A model generated the notes under the pieces. It was not told the origin of the DNA and searched no databases. It saw only the letters and a program-made list of their open reading frames with translations. From NCBI RefSeq assembly GCF_001447785.1, contig NW_015175992.1:410662-474661 (forward strand): a stretch of DNA of 64,000 bases, read 5' to 3'. Shown one piece after another: positions 1-12,650 of the stretch. The stretch is from Gekko japonicus. Its lineage: Eukaryota. Position numbers and translations under genes: made by a program. Position 1 is the stretch's first letter. Every line of letters begins with the position of its first letter.

Positions 1-72
1 ATTGTATAAAGGATGTTTGTGTGCTATTTTATAAAGTTATTTTAATTTGCAATACCTGTGAATTTGCAATAC

Positions 73-321
73 CTGTGAAGTGTGCTCCATCTTTAGCATT
101 CTTGGGCACAAGGCACAGTTCCATATCGTCCAGTTCATTCTGTTGTTTTAATCCAAGCCACTTTTTAATGTCTGGTCCACCCTTTCGAATGCTGCCCAAG
201 GTTGTACTCGGCATTTCCAGAGCAAGAATGATATCTACCGATACATGTGAGGGTGGCTCTCCAATTCGAAGAGTAACTGCTGGGCTTCCAGGTTTTTTCC
301 TCTCCACAGTAACTTTCATTC
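73..321 (-). CDS. CGAS: cGAS coding exon 3 (gene continues beyond left edge)
   Basis: TAG|GA acceptor in correct phase; VTVERKKPGSPAVTL...SVDIILALE (third catalytic D)...WLG...LVPK; donor CAG|GTATTG. Confidence 0.93.
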
Positions 322-812
322 CTATTAGCAGCCATTAAAAAAGTTTTAAATATTTCCATTTCAGGCTACTGCTTCACCAAATTTCAGCAAAATAGATGAA
401 ACCAATACAAAAAGTCGAGCAAGAGGTTAACTTAGAAGTAAAAGTTTACACTTTTGATACAAGGAGTGGCTTGTGGGACATATTCAGCTGGCATTGTTGA
501 GCTGCAAATAAATTAAGTACATTAACAGCTCTGTCATTGCTGCTTTTCCATTGGAGGAGAAATCTACTGTTATATTTTAGCTACAGAATTTTAAGTGAAG
601 TCCATTGGAAGCACTGTGTACAAGCAACTCAGATTTTAAGCATAGATTGTTCATAGGATGATTTGAGAGTAGGCATAACTTTCAGGAGTCCATAGGACAG
701 TTCACATATACAAGCCAGAGACTTATTTTCATTCTTGCATACAGGGTGGTAAAGAAAAACTCCTGTGGAAGACAACCTCTACACATGCTGTAGCAGTATA
801 TGTTTCAGTTCT

Positions 813-2587
813 TTTTTCCCCTTTTTTTTTATAAAACTCTCCTAAAAAGGAGAGAATGTTATTGCTTTTAAAATTTTCAGAAAAAGGGAGGGGTATATAG
901 CGGGATTAAGAATAGTGGTGAGTGATGATTGAATTAGTATATTAATCTTTTGTCAGTAATATTACATTCTGTGGCTTCTTCTGCATTTGACCGATCTTCT
1001 TTCTTCTTTACCTGTCAAAAATAAAGGTGTTAACATATTAGTAATGTCCTTTCGGGTTATTATTAGTATTGTCCTTTAACGCACTTTCTGAAAAGTTTTT
1101 CAGGTGTTGGGGTGTTTTCCTTTTTTATCTCTCAAATTATAGGGTACTCCTCCTACAGCTCCTCCTTCTTCCAGTTTCTTGTCCCCTTCCTCCGAGCCTC
1201 TGTCCTCCTCACTGCTGAATACCTTCCATGTAGCAAGTTCTGCTTCTTCCTCTGAACTGGCGTGCCTCTTCAAAAAGTCTTGGGCTTTGAAAATGGAGTC
1301 TATCTTTTCTCTCTTGTCTTTAAATTTAAAGACAAGTCCTTCTGGAATCAACCATCTGTAGTTAATTTGATGATTTTGCAAGAATGTAGTCAGTCCTTTA
1401 TAAGATTTCCACTTCTTGCGAATTTCAAATGGTACATCTTTTAAAATCCTTATATTCTGTTCTCCAATCTTCAAGGGCTTTGCTGATGTCGCTTTTAAAA
1501 TTTGATCTCTGATGCGTTGTTTGGTAAATTTGACAACCACTTCAGCTGGCAGATTATTTTTCTTTGTAAAATTGGAGTAGGCTCTGTAGGCCAAATCCAT
1601 CTCTTCGCTTAACTTATCCGCTTCACTGCCCATCAGTGGTGCCAAAGCATTTGCCAATATGCTTCTGAGATCTTCCTTCTCAACCTCCTGGATACCTTGA
1701 AATTGGAGAGTTAAATTTGATTTTTCCATCTGTAACATCAGTAACTTGTTTTCTTGTATTTCTTGGTTTTTTTTTCCATTTTATTAATCTTGATTTTTTG
1801 TGTATCTTTCGTTGATACCAGACATTTCTTTGCAATCACCTCCATCTTCTTAGCTGTATCTGTCAATTGTGCCTGTTGATTGCTGAGGACACTTTCTATG
1901 CTAGATAACATTTGGCTGATTTTCTGCATTTGATCCAGCAGGGGGCGAAGCATCTCCTTTTCATGTTGAGTGACAGCCGGCTCTGAAAGGCGGGGGCTAG
2001 GACCGGAAGTTCCCGCCTGCTTCTTCGCCTGCTTCTCCTTCTCCTTCTTTAGCCCCGACATCTTAACTTTTTTGTTTACTTTTTAAAAGTTCATGCCGCG
2101 CGGCTTAGGGATAAATCCCTCTTCGTTGTTTTAAAAGATTTCCCAAAAGGTAACTTTTCTATTCCAAATTTTCACTCCCCCCCCTTCTCGTCATTAACAC
2201 AGTCTCATTCTGTCAGGGGGGGCTATCCACCCTCCTCCCATGCGCTTATCCGGGGGGGGAGAGAACCGCTTAGATTTTCTGATCGTCAACTCACAGTTTG
2301 TAGCCAATTTTGTCTTTTATAATTGCCTTATCGCTCCATCACTCCGAAAAGACTGGTGGTGTTGCTGAGTCCCGTCAGGGCACAACGCGGCGGGGCCTTT
2401 GGGGCATGGGGAAAGCCTCAATTTCCCAACCGTCAGGTCAACAAAGAGGCAGCTCCCTGGTGCGCCCCCTGGTCCGGAGCCTTTACACTAAGGCTCCTAG
2501 GGTCTCCACTTGTGCGGAGTCCCCCCCAACCGTGTGTGGGCATATCGCCTCCGGGAGCGGCATTCGCTTTGCCGTAACCGGAAGTCC
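813..2587 (-). mobile_element. ORF1-only L1-like retroposon (HAL1-like), copy A, full length, in CGAS intron 2
   Basis: 14-bp TSD TATGTTTCAGTTCT (799-812, 2588-2601); 5' end GGACTTCCGGTT; single L1-ORF1-like frame 2061-1100 with one frameshift; A-rich tail; no ORF2. Confidence 0.88.
1100..2061 (-). pseudogene. L1 ORF1p-like protein (coiled coil, RRM, CTD), frameshifted near 1740-1790
   Basis: ORFs 1738-2061 and 1100-1738 join; NLTLQFQG, VVVKF, IRILKDVPFEIR and YRWLIPEGL motifs align with the intact copy at 43758-44720. Confidence 0.85.
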
Positions 2588-4213
2588 TATGTTTCAGTTC
2601 TAATGGTCACAGCCCGCCCAGCCATTTCATTTTAGTAATACATGACTTCTATTTGAGAAGTGGCTTTCAAGGCATATTCCATCGACCATTAGCCAGGAAC
2701 TAATCGAACATTAGCCAGGAACTGGCTGTCACCCCACCCTTGGCTACAGGTGGGGCAAAAGCAGTGTGCATGCATTAGAGGTGGAGTGACCTCCTTCTTG
2801 GTCAGTTCTCTTCTAGCAGCTGCTATTGGAATATTCTCTTAAAACTGTTCTTACCACATCTTACAGAACAAAAAATTATAGCAAGAGTCAACAAGTGTGT
2901 CTAGTGCTATGCATTGTTTAAGACTGTACCTTAAAACCCTCTGAGTAAATAATTTGTTTACAGTCTAACCAAAAAAAAATGTAGTTCTTTTAAACAGTTG
3001 TGTGCTTAATTTGCAATATGATTCTAAACCTGGCCCTACAAGGTGTATTAAAAAGTTTACATAATTGAGCCAAGGACAGAAAGGAAGAAATGAAAAATCC
3101 CAAAAAACATTTTAAATGAGGTTTTATTACACCCTGCACACACACAAAATGAATGTTGGGTGATATCTTACAAGAATATGGTTGACATCGTGGGGTGAGA
3201 GAAAGGCTTGGGAAAGAAAAAGCAGTAATCATGGAGTGGATGGGATTTCCTTCCCTCACAATTTCATGGATCCTCCACTTGTAAAAATATAGACATTACA
3301 TCAACAGAAAATGTCATACCAATTATTATTTAATCTTGAAGGGAAAAGATAGAATATCATGATTATCAAATTCACTTTGATCTTACTGAAACAGGTGGAC
3401 TTTTGTTGTAGAACAATGTGAGATGCTACTTTTAAAAAATCATGACCAGTTAGTGTTCTAAACCAACAAGTGAGCTGTAGCATGCCATAGAAGTCTTTTT
3501 TTAAGGCTAAATGTTCAGAAAACTAAAGAGAAGGAGAGAAATTTGTGTCCAAACTGGCTATTATGCCCACCTTTGCTTTGGTGCAGACTTTTCTGTTGTG
3601 GAAGGACCGTGAATACTAAGCCCCATGTTTGCTTTCAAGCTGGAAAAGCCTCACCTATATATGCAGCCTACTTTCTACTTAATCAGCAGCAATGAAGGTG
3701 GGGAGGGGGGAACACTAATGGTTGCATTAGCTTGAGCAGCAAGGTTTTCTGTGGCTATGTGTTTTCCTTTCTGTGTACAGGAAACCAAGAGAGGCAGTGC
3801 TACTGGTTATTTCTGCATTTGGATGTCTTTATAAGCAACATTTTAACAAGCCAGGAACAAACCATGGTTTAAAATTCTAGCTTAATTTTTATGGACAAAC
3901 AGGAGTTTGTGGTGCAGCCTGCATGAAGGCATTACACTAAACCAATCATGATTTATGAACACATTTTTTTCAATGTCTGACTGCAGCCTAATTCAGATGC
4001 TCACATGCTATCCTGAACACTAGTTTTAAAATTTTTGATTGCCCTTGCCTTGCAGTTTCTGTCCTATGGGAGCAACACAGTTACAAAGACGTTACTGTGC
4101 ACTGGAACATTTGTGATTTTAACTGCGTGCTTAGATTAAAATGAGACTGAAGAATTGACTATGACCAGTATCACTTTTAATCCCCTTTTAATTCTGAATA
4201 AATGAATACTTAC

Positions 4214-4445
4214 CATTTATAGTCTTTACTTCATTTATAATAATGCTCCGCAGTTCTGAAAGGAATTTGGAAGCTGAAAGATATTGCTGATCATCCACGA
4301 AGTCATTTAGTCGCTGTAATCCAGGGTTCCTTTTCAGTTTTACAAAATAATAAACACCCTTGCAGTCACCACCATTATAGGGCTCCAGCTCAACTCTTAC
4401 TCCTGGCACTTTAAGCATAATATCAAATTCATCTGGTTTAGTTAT
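4214..4445 (-). CDS. CGAS: cGAS coding exon 2
   Basis: CAG|ATA acceptor, G|GTAAGT donor; ITKPDEFDIMLK carries the catalytic E/D; YYFVKLKRNP matches the nucleosome arginine-anchor region; 232 nt. Confidence 0.95.
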
Positions 4446-4551
4446 CTGTAAGACAAACATGTTATTTTCTCACCCTTCCAAATTAACTAACAAAAGGATG
4501 AAAAAAATCTACAACAAAATAATTTTTAAAAACTAGACTGCTGACAAACCA

Positions 4552-4750
4552 TCCTGTAGCTCAGTGGTATTGCATCTACTTGGCATGCAAAAGGTCCCAG
4601 GTTCAATCCCTGACATTTCCAGGTAAACGGATCAGGTGGTAGGTGATAGACACCTCCCTAAGACCCCGGAGAGCCACTGCCAGTCTGAGTAGACAGTGCC
4701 GACTCTGATGGACCAAGGGGTTGATTCAGTGAAGGCAGCTTCATGTGCTT
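4552..4750 (+). mobile_element. tRNA-derived squamate SINE (Squam3-like)
   Basis: A box TAGCTCAGTGG and B box GGTTCAATCCC followed by a non-tRNA body and a ...GGCAGCTTCATGTG tail. Confidence 0.7.
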
Positions 4751-5249
4751 AAATGTTCGTTTGATTACTTGCTCAGAACCCAGAGGGATCAACTAATGTC
4801 TTACCAGTGAGAGCGAATGTTGGTCTGATAGTGAGGGATCTCTCTATATTAATAAGAGATGCACACTAACACTGTCTTTGGATTCCAAGTACTCAGCTAT
4901 AAGAAAAGAGCACTCCTTCAACTGAGCAGAAAAGGCAGAAAAATATCTAAAAGTGTATGGCACAAGGCTCTCCGGGAGGGGGGGTATAATAAGCCAAAAT
5001 AATTTCCTCAATGTACATTGTGCTTGTCAGAAGAACACACCCACCCACCCCCTCCCTCCCAAGAAGTATTGCTTGCACACAAAAGCTTATACCAAGAATA
5101 AAACGTTGTTGGTCTTGAAGCTGGAATGGGATTCCAACTTTATTTTCTCTCTCCCCTCCCTCCCCAAAAGAAGAGAAGCAGCCCCGGAGAAGGAAGCAGA
5201 AGGGGTGTGTGTGAGTGAGAGAGAGAGAAAATGAACTTGTCTTTGTATC

Positions 5250-7512
5250 TGTTGTGTAGTGGGTTCGACGCATGAAAGATCACAGAGACGGTGTGCTGCA
5301 GAGCATGGTTTACTGGACACAACACGAACTAACTTCAACAGGGCAGGCGGCCCACTATATACAGAGGCAAAGGGACAACCCTAGGTCCTATTGGTGGGTT
5401 TAAACTTCCTGCCAAAGGTCCTATAGATCCCTGAAGGAAGAGTTCAGGAGCCTAGTCCCTATTCTTGGGACTCCAGCGAGTGCACATATCGCTGCCACCT
5501 GGTGGCGGTCAGCGGACATAACACACACACCCCATAGTTCGAACCCTGCATATGTCACATAGTCCTTCAGGTACGTGGGGGACCGACATTCCCTTGTTGA
5601 CTGCCTTGGGGATGGCACGGGTGACTCATAACTATTTTTCTGTGGTGTCCTCGGGGAAGGTGCTGATATCTCACCCATTTCTGGCAGTGGTTGTGTTTGG
5701 GCCTCTTCTGGTGTCCTCGCAGGCACCGGTGCGCTGACCTCTGGAGCGGCTGCTGGGATGGGGGCTGTTTCCCGTTCCTGGGGAAGCTCCCAGTCTGAAA
5801 CAACATCGGCTGCCCTTTCGGAGACCTGGGCCTCTCTTGCTTCTGGAAGCAGGCGCCACCTCAGCTGGTCCACATGTCTACATAGGACCTGCCCGCAGTC
5901 CGTTGAGACTTCATATGACACTGGTCCCGTGGGGCAGATGATCCTGCCGGTGATCCACTCCAGGCCCTTGCCGTAGTTCTGGACGTAGACGGGATCTTCA
6001 GAGAAGAATCCCCGTGGCGCCTCCCGCTGCTTGGACAGGGTCCGCGACTCTGAAGCCTGGTCCAGGTGTAGGTGGTCTAAAAGGATCGCGGGCCACTGGC
6101 TCATGAGGAGTTCTGCAGGGCTGCGGCCGCTTACCGGGTTGGGGGTAGTCTGTTGTGCCAGGAGGAAGCGGGCCAGGTGGAACTCCCAGTCCCCCTCTGT
6201 CAAGTGGCTGAGGGCTATCTTTGCGGTGCGCACCATGTGTTCCGCTTTGGCCATTCGTTGCGGGGGGGAAGGGAGTCGATCTGATGCTGTGGAGGAACTA
6301 TTGAAATTCCTCTGACGTGAATGCCGTGCCGTTGTCTGAGACAACAGTGTCGGGCAGGCCGTGCGTGGCAAAAATTCGGCGAAGGGCTCGTATGGTCGCC
6401 TTGGAGGAGGTGGTGGAAACCGGGCTAATCTCCAGCCACTTCGAGTAGGAGTCCACAGTCACCAGGAATAACAGTCCATGGAAGGGCCCGGCGAAGTCAA
6501 TATGGAGCCAGGACCAAGGTGTCCATTTGATTCCCATGATTGGGAGGGCGCACTCGGCAGGCTGGGCCAGACTGCCTGGCAGGCCGCACAACGCTTCACC
6601 CAGGCCTCTACTGCGCTGTCGATGCCAGGCCACCAGACGTAGCTGCGGGTGATGGCCTTCATTCTCACGATCCCAGGATGTGCCTCGTGCAGGGCCTGGA
6701 GAACCTGGTGTCGCAAGGCTTGGGGGACCACGACCCTGTCCCCCCACAGCAGGCAGCCCTTGTGCATAGACAGTTCCTCCCTGCGGATCGTGAAGGCAGT
6801 GAATTCTGGCTCCTTCATAGCCACAGGCCACCCCCTTACCACCCAGCCCAGAACCCGGGAGATGATGGGGTCCCAAGCCGAGCTGCAAGCAATGTCCGCT
6901 GCCTGGAGAGGGGTGTCAGGGAGACCTTCAATCACGAGGACATGATGTGCGGGGGCTGGATCATCGTCCACCTCGGGCAAAGGATGGCGGCTGGGGCGTC
7001 GCCGTGTCCCATGACCTTCCCTGGACGATGCTGCAGGGTATAGTTATAGCCTGAGAGGAAAATGGAGCACCGCAAGACCTTTCGGACTTGCGGCATCCGG
7101 CAATCCGCAGCAAAGAGGCAGAGGAGAGGGCGGTGATCGGTGGCGATAGTGAAAGGCCAGCCATAGACAAAATCGTGAAATTTTTTCACTCCGACAACTA
7201 TTGCCAGCCCCTCACGGTTGATCTGGGCGTAGTTTTGTTCGGCCACAGACAGGGCGCGCAAGCAGTATGCCATGGGCACTTCTCTCCCATCCAGGAGGCG
7301 ATGTGCCAGCACTGCACCAATGCCGTATGGAGACGCATCGCACGCCAGGACCACTGGTAACGTTTAATTGAAGTGGGCCAGGACAGAATTTGAAATGAGA
7401 GTTTTAACCCCCCTGAACGCAATGGCCTGGCGCAGGCCCCACGTCCAGGGAGCCTGCTTATCCAACAGTCTGTGCAGGGGTTCAGCTACCACCGCCTTGT
7501 GGGGAAGGAAGG
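5250..7512 (-). mobile_element. Gypsy/Ty3 LTR retrotransposon, 3' part (RNase H, integrase, 3' LTR 5250-5523), decayed and cut by an assembly gap
   Basis: [15 protein letters not shown] (RNase H); HEAHPG...WWPG...CAACQ (integrase HHCC); HIDFAGP...DSYSKW...SDNG (DDE core); LTR bounded by TGTT...AACA; several frameshifts. Confidence 0.88.
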
Positions 7513-7580
7513 NNNNNNNNNNNNNNNNNNNNNNNNNNNNNNNNNNNNNNNNNNNNNNNNNNNNNNNNNNNNNNNNNNNN
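7513..7580. other. Assembly gap (68 N)
   Basis: Run of N. Confidence 1.
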
Positions 7581-7984
7581 TATGCTAGGTTCATTATTTG
7601 GAAAGCAGTTAATGAAAATAATGAACTGCACTATATTAACCTCAGCTTTTTAAATTTTAAATAGTCAATATTCTTGATTAGCTGGACAATTCAGTAGGCA
7701 AAACTAAATGTGTCCACCTTCATTGATGTGGTGTCCACCTTCATTGTTGTGATGTTTATCACATTTGGTTATGTTCCCCATGTGGGCAATATACAAATTT
7801 GTTTCCATTAGGACCAACAAAAGGACTTGTGCCATACAAAATACCTGCCCTATGAAAAGAACAGATGCATTATACAAACACTACTAATTTACAAATGAAT
7901 TTAAGTGTTGTTTTATATATTGTATTTGACATGTTTTACAGAACCATACTAAACCCTTCCCAAATAAGCTGCAGCAAATTATTC

Positions 7985-8540
7985 TAGGGTAATAGGACTG
8001 CCAGGTTGTATCTTGCTGCCAGCGGGGGGCTTTGTTGGGGCATTCCAGGAGGGAGAGGGGATGTCCCTGATGTGATGACATTATGCATAAGTGATATCAT
8101 CACGTTGGGAACACAGCCCCTTGGAAGGTACTGGCAGTGCCCACCTGCAAAAACTAGTGAATTTGCTGCTTGGAATTCAGGTGCAGGTGGCCCCCACTTG
8201 CTAAAAACCATTTAAAGGGAACCTTCCGTTTAAATGGTTTTTTGTGAGCTGGGGCTGCCCACGCCTAAACTCCAAATGGCAAATTTGCCACTTGGAGTTC
8301 AGGTGTATGCTGGCGGCCACCCCTCCCCCCTGCAAGATTTAAAGGGCTCTCCAGCTGATCACCAGTCCACATGCTCCTGCCAATCAGCTGGAGGTCCCTT
8401 TAAATCTTGCAGGCAAGGAGGGTGTGAGGTGGCCACTGGTGGCTGCTGTTTGTAAACAGGGCTTCCCTGCTGGCTGGCAGGGGAAAGGAGCTCATGAAAT
8501 TTGGGAATCCCGCACCCCCACCTGGGGACTGGCAAGCCTA
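7985..8540. mobile_element. Non-autonomous DNA-transposon-like repeat (TAGGG...GGCAAGCCTA termini)
   Basis: Shares GATTTAAAGGGC-CTCCAGCTG and AAAGGGAACC-TTTAAATG motifs with 30230-31190. Confidence 0.45.
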
Positions 8541-9554
8541 CAGAGTAAACATTATCAGGATGCAGGTTTATGGGAAATGGTTCTGCTTTCTAAAGCTGGA
8601 AAAGTACCAGGGTCTACCACTCTGCACTCAGATACCTAGAAAATCAGATCAGAGGATTTTAAACATGTAGACCTGTCTTACAAATGGTAGAATAATGAAG
8701 CAGCAGGGTGCTAAAGCGACAAAATGGACTGTACCACTTCATGCTGCAGGTAGGCAATCTCACATTATCTATGCTCCCCTACAGCTGTTTTGGCGCTTGA
8801 AAAGGCATGGGGGGGGGGGAACGACAAGAACAGCTCATCCCATTGTGGGGTGGCTTGATTGGGCCCTCACAGAATTTTAAAATCTCCCATTTTAGGCTTT
8901 AAAATGGTGGTAGCAGCCCCATCCCAGAAACAAGGAAGCTGTCACAGCTAGTTTGGCCTTTTGATCACCATTATAAGGCAGAACTTGTGTTATGCAAGTT
9001 AGTGCAATTGGGGGGGAGGCTTTCTTTCTATTCAGCCTAGCTTGAAAAACAGCCCCTTACCTTGAGAAGGCTGATCTGGCCACCCCAATCCATGCCATGG
9101 TAATGTTGAGACTAGACTACTGTAGTGCACTGTACATTGGTTTCCTCTCAAAATCAATTCAGATGCAGAATGCCACAGCTCAGCTATTATCACGAGCTAG
9201 AAGTATGCATATTACTCCCATTCTAGTCACCCCAATGGCTGCCCATGAGTTTCTGGGCTCAATTTAAAGTATTGACTGTCATACATAAAGCCCTTCATGG
9301 CCTTGGGCCCTCATATCTGCCAGACCATCTCTCCCCCTGTGCTCCCTCAGGACAGCTTTGCTCACCCAGGCACAGCCTTCTGCAGGCGCCATGGGCAAAA
9401 TCAACATCTGCTCATACACATGCCTTCTCTGTTGTGGCCCCTGCCTTGTGGAATGGCCTGCGTGAGAAGGTCAGGAAGGGCTCCCACTCTCCTGTCTTTC
9501 TGCCAACTATACAAAACTGAAATATTCAAAAGGGTTTTTCTACGCAGGCAACAG

Positions 9555-9905
9555 GGTAAGGTAAAGGTTCCCTTGCTCGACAGCCAGTCGAATCCGACTC
9601 TAGGGTTGCGGTGCTCATCTCCGTTTCAAAGTCGAAGAGCCAGCGCTGTCCGAAGACATTTCCGTGGTCATGTGGCCGGCATGACTAAACACCAAGGCGC
9701 ACAGATCGCTGTTACCTTCCCACCGAAGTGGTACCTATTTATCTACTTGCAATTTCTTGCTTTCAAACTGCTAGGTTGGCAGGAGCTGGAACTAGAGACG
9801 GGAGCTCACTCCGTCATGCGGCAACTCGGGTCTCGAACTGCCGAACTACCGACCTTCCACAGCCTGCAGTTCAGCATCTTAACCACTTGAGCCACCGCAG
9901 CTCCA
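9555..9905 (-). mobile_element. Sauria SINE (Squam1-like)
   Basis: Minus-strand head GGAGCTGCGGTGGCTCAAGTGGTTAAG; (ACCTT)n tail; near-identical to 53228-53549. Confidence 0.8.
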
Positions 9906-10025
9906 CAAAATGCTTCACAACATTACTGGGATAAATTATTAGGGATTGTAGTCTATACTTCTATGTACAGTTGGCTGTAAATTGGATCATGTTCTGTAAT
10001 TTTGCATCATTTAATGTGTTATCTT

Positions 10026-10360
10026 TGTTAGAGAAGCAACAGCCTGCGAAGAGTCTACTTACTGTGAATGCTGCTGAAAGAGTAGTTTAGTCCACGTGTA
10101 CCCTAGGGGGAGCTGTGGTGCATTCTCTAAAGTTTAGGATGTATTGAATTTTTCTCTTGTAGTTCAGCCTACCTCTCGTTCTCTCTCTCTTCTCTGTGTT
10201 AGTATCTGCTAGTGCCTGTGCTCTGAAGGCCTCTCTGTTGCATTAATAGCCTGCAGTCAGTTATTGTCTTTCTGCAAAATCCTGTCGCAGTAAATTCAGT
10301 GAAACTGAACTCCAAAGCATGGATTGGATTATTTCCTGAACCCTGCCAACATCCTTAACA
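10026..10360 (+). mobile_element. Probable solo LTR
   Basis: TGTTA...TAACA inverted termini and internal AGTAAA; interrupts an L2 tail; TSD not clean. Confidence 0.45.
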
Positions 10361-11369
10361 CTTACGTGTTGCCTCAGTTCTGTTTTCTAGGCCTAGTTGG
10401 TTCTACAACCGAAAGCCTATTGCATTGTTTACTGAATGTCTCATCTTGTTTACACTTTGTGTAATCTGCCTTCAGTCCCAGTAACAAAGGCGGACTATAA
10501 ATAATGTAAATAAAATAAATGTTCAGCTTTTCCATTGGTTCTTAGTCTGATCTGTAGAGATATATGATATAGGTCTTAAAAACAAAGTATTCCTTACAGG
10601 GAGGGGAAAATGTCAAACTTGGCCATAGTTATACTACTCTGGAAAAGAGATACAAGATTTCCAGAAAAGTTGACATTTCCAGAAAAAAAGACATTTCCCC
10701 CAGAAAAACAATTCTGGAGAAAAATTGAAATAAGCATTACATTTCTATCAAATATAAACCTGTTTTGCTGCAATAACAACAAAAACACATTGTTTATAAA
10801 TTAGCATATAAAATTATATCAATTTGTTTACTTCTGAAATTTAAGAGTATAAATGCCTTTGTTTTCTACAAACAAAACTGCAAATACACCCAATACTAAA
10901 TTAGAGAAAACAGAAAACTGCTGTAACCTTTGCTGTTGTAGAACATTTCACTCATTCCAATGTATAATAGTTCCTTCCAGCGCTTTCTAAAAGTTCCCCA
11001 TATTTCTACTGGGAAAAAATTGGGAAAGACCTTGGGAAAAAAGATGGTTTTCTTCCAGGCTTTCACATTTCTAGGCCCAAAGCAAAAAGTTAACCATGTA
11101 GAGGATCCATGCTAGTCCTGCCCCTATCAATCAAGAACACGCAAGGTATTACCAGCACAAGTAGCTCTCTTGATGGAATGAGATGGACTGTAAGCACATC
11201 TGATCCTCAAAATGTGCTTGAGCAAATATATTCTTCCCCAGGACACTAAGAGCTAAAACAGATGTGTGACTACAAACTGAATTCATTATTAAGAACTCTG
11301 AAACCCAAAGCAATCATTAAAATCCAAAATGTGTTAATAATTGATATTTTACTGATTCCAAAATGCTAT

Positions 11370-11740
11370 AGTAGAGATCCCCAGGCTTTTTGAGCCTGAA
11401 GGCGCCTTTGGAATTCTGGGAGGGAGGGGACCCACACCAACCCAAGATGGCCAGCACTGGAGGCTGAGCCAAACATGATACCTTCCTTCTTGCTTTGCAA
11501 AAGAATTACAGAAGGAGAATTTTAAAAAATAAATGAAACCCACCCACCCCAGAAAGCAGAGAGATACAAAGAAGGCCTGAAGGTGAATGGAACCAGAAGC
11601 CTGGGTGCAGCCCTAGAAGGCCAATAACTGCCCTGCCTTACAATGGCCCCCACCCACTTTCAGAAAAGCTGGGTGGGCATCAGGGGAAGTACTGGCAGGT
11701 GCCATGGCCCCCATGGAAATCACAATGGAGAATCCCATAC
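11370..11740. mobile_element. Degraded hAT-like MITE
   Basis: GATCCCCAGGCTTTTT...GGAGAATCCC termini typical of squamate MITEs. Confidence 0.35.
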
Positions 11741-12650
11741 TCTAGTCTTCCTCTGGCCAAGACAAAAAATGCTTCTAATAGGGGTGTCCTATGTTGCCAG
11801 CCTAACATTCCTACCTCCCTTTCCAAGAAAGGTGCAAATGCATGCAACATCACCATCCTACCAACAAGATACCCAGCCTATCCGCTGCTTTTGAATTGTT
11901 ATCTTAATTTGTATTAATGGTGCTTGTTTTATGGAAAGCATATTTACTGAATTATAGCTCTGAACCACTTTGGAAAGGTAAATTACAAAAGGAGCCGGAA
12001 TCAGTCCTTAATCTCAGCATCTGGGATGAAACACTACTGGTGTTAATTGTAGAGCTGGAAGGCCCTGCTGGGCTCAATCAGTTATCAATCTCCTGACAAG
12101 TTTTTAAAGTAAAAAAAAGTAGTTTTTGCAATATGTACACTTTGCCCCACCCAAGCTGTTATTAGTTTCGGGAGGAACACAAAGGGCTGGCTGTCATTTC
12201 CCCACAACTAGGGCTAATAATATTGGGCGATTCTGCTTCTAGCATTCTCCACATTTTCTCAACTGGGAGGAAAAAGTGCAGCTCAAAAACCACATTCAGA
12301 TACCAGGGGACAATACCCTACTGACTGCAAAGTCACCCCTGAACGGCCATAAATCTATGCAGAAGGTACCATAAATACCCGATGATCAAACGAAGCGAAA
12401 GCTACATAGTCTAGAGGACACCATAAAATCCGATGATCAAGGAAAGAGAGAGGAGCATGCAATGCAGAGAATACAGAATCGCCCACAGAGTTAGGAGAGG
12501 GTCGGCTTCTACCGAGAAAATGTAGCCGGTAAAAGAGTTAACCCCACCCGCCATCGGAGAGTACAGCAACCACTCTTTCACCTTGACAAATATAGACCGC
12601 GTCTCCCACTTCTAGACCCCGTTTGAAAACCAGTGATGCCTCCCATTTAC

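Larger units (their letters stand above)
9050..10520 (+). mobile_element. L2-type LINE 3' fragment interrupted by a Sauria SINE and a probable solo LTR
   Basis: RLDYC-like and AFSVVAPALWN motifs; AT-rich tail near 10500. Confidence 0.6.

Noticed and set aside
4552-4625. tRNA-Ala-like gene
   Set aside because: Cloverleaf is degenerate and continues into a SINE body and tail
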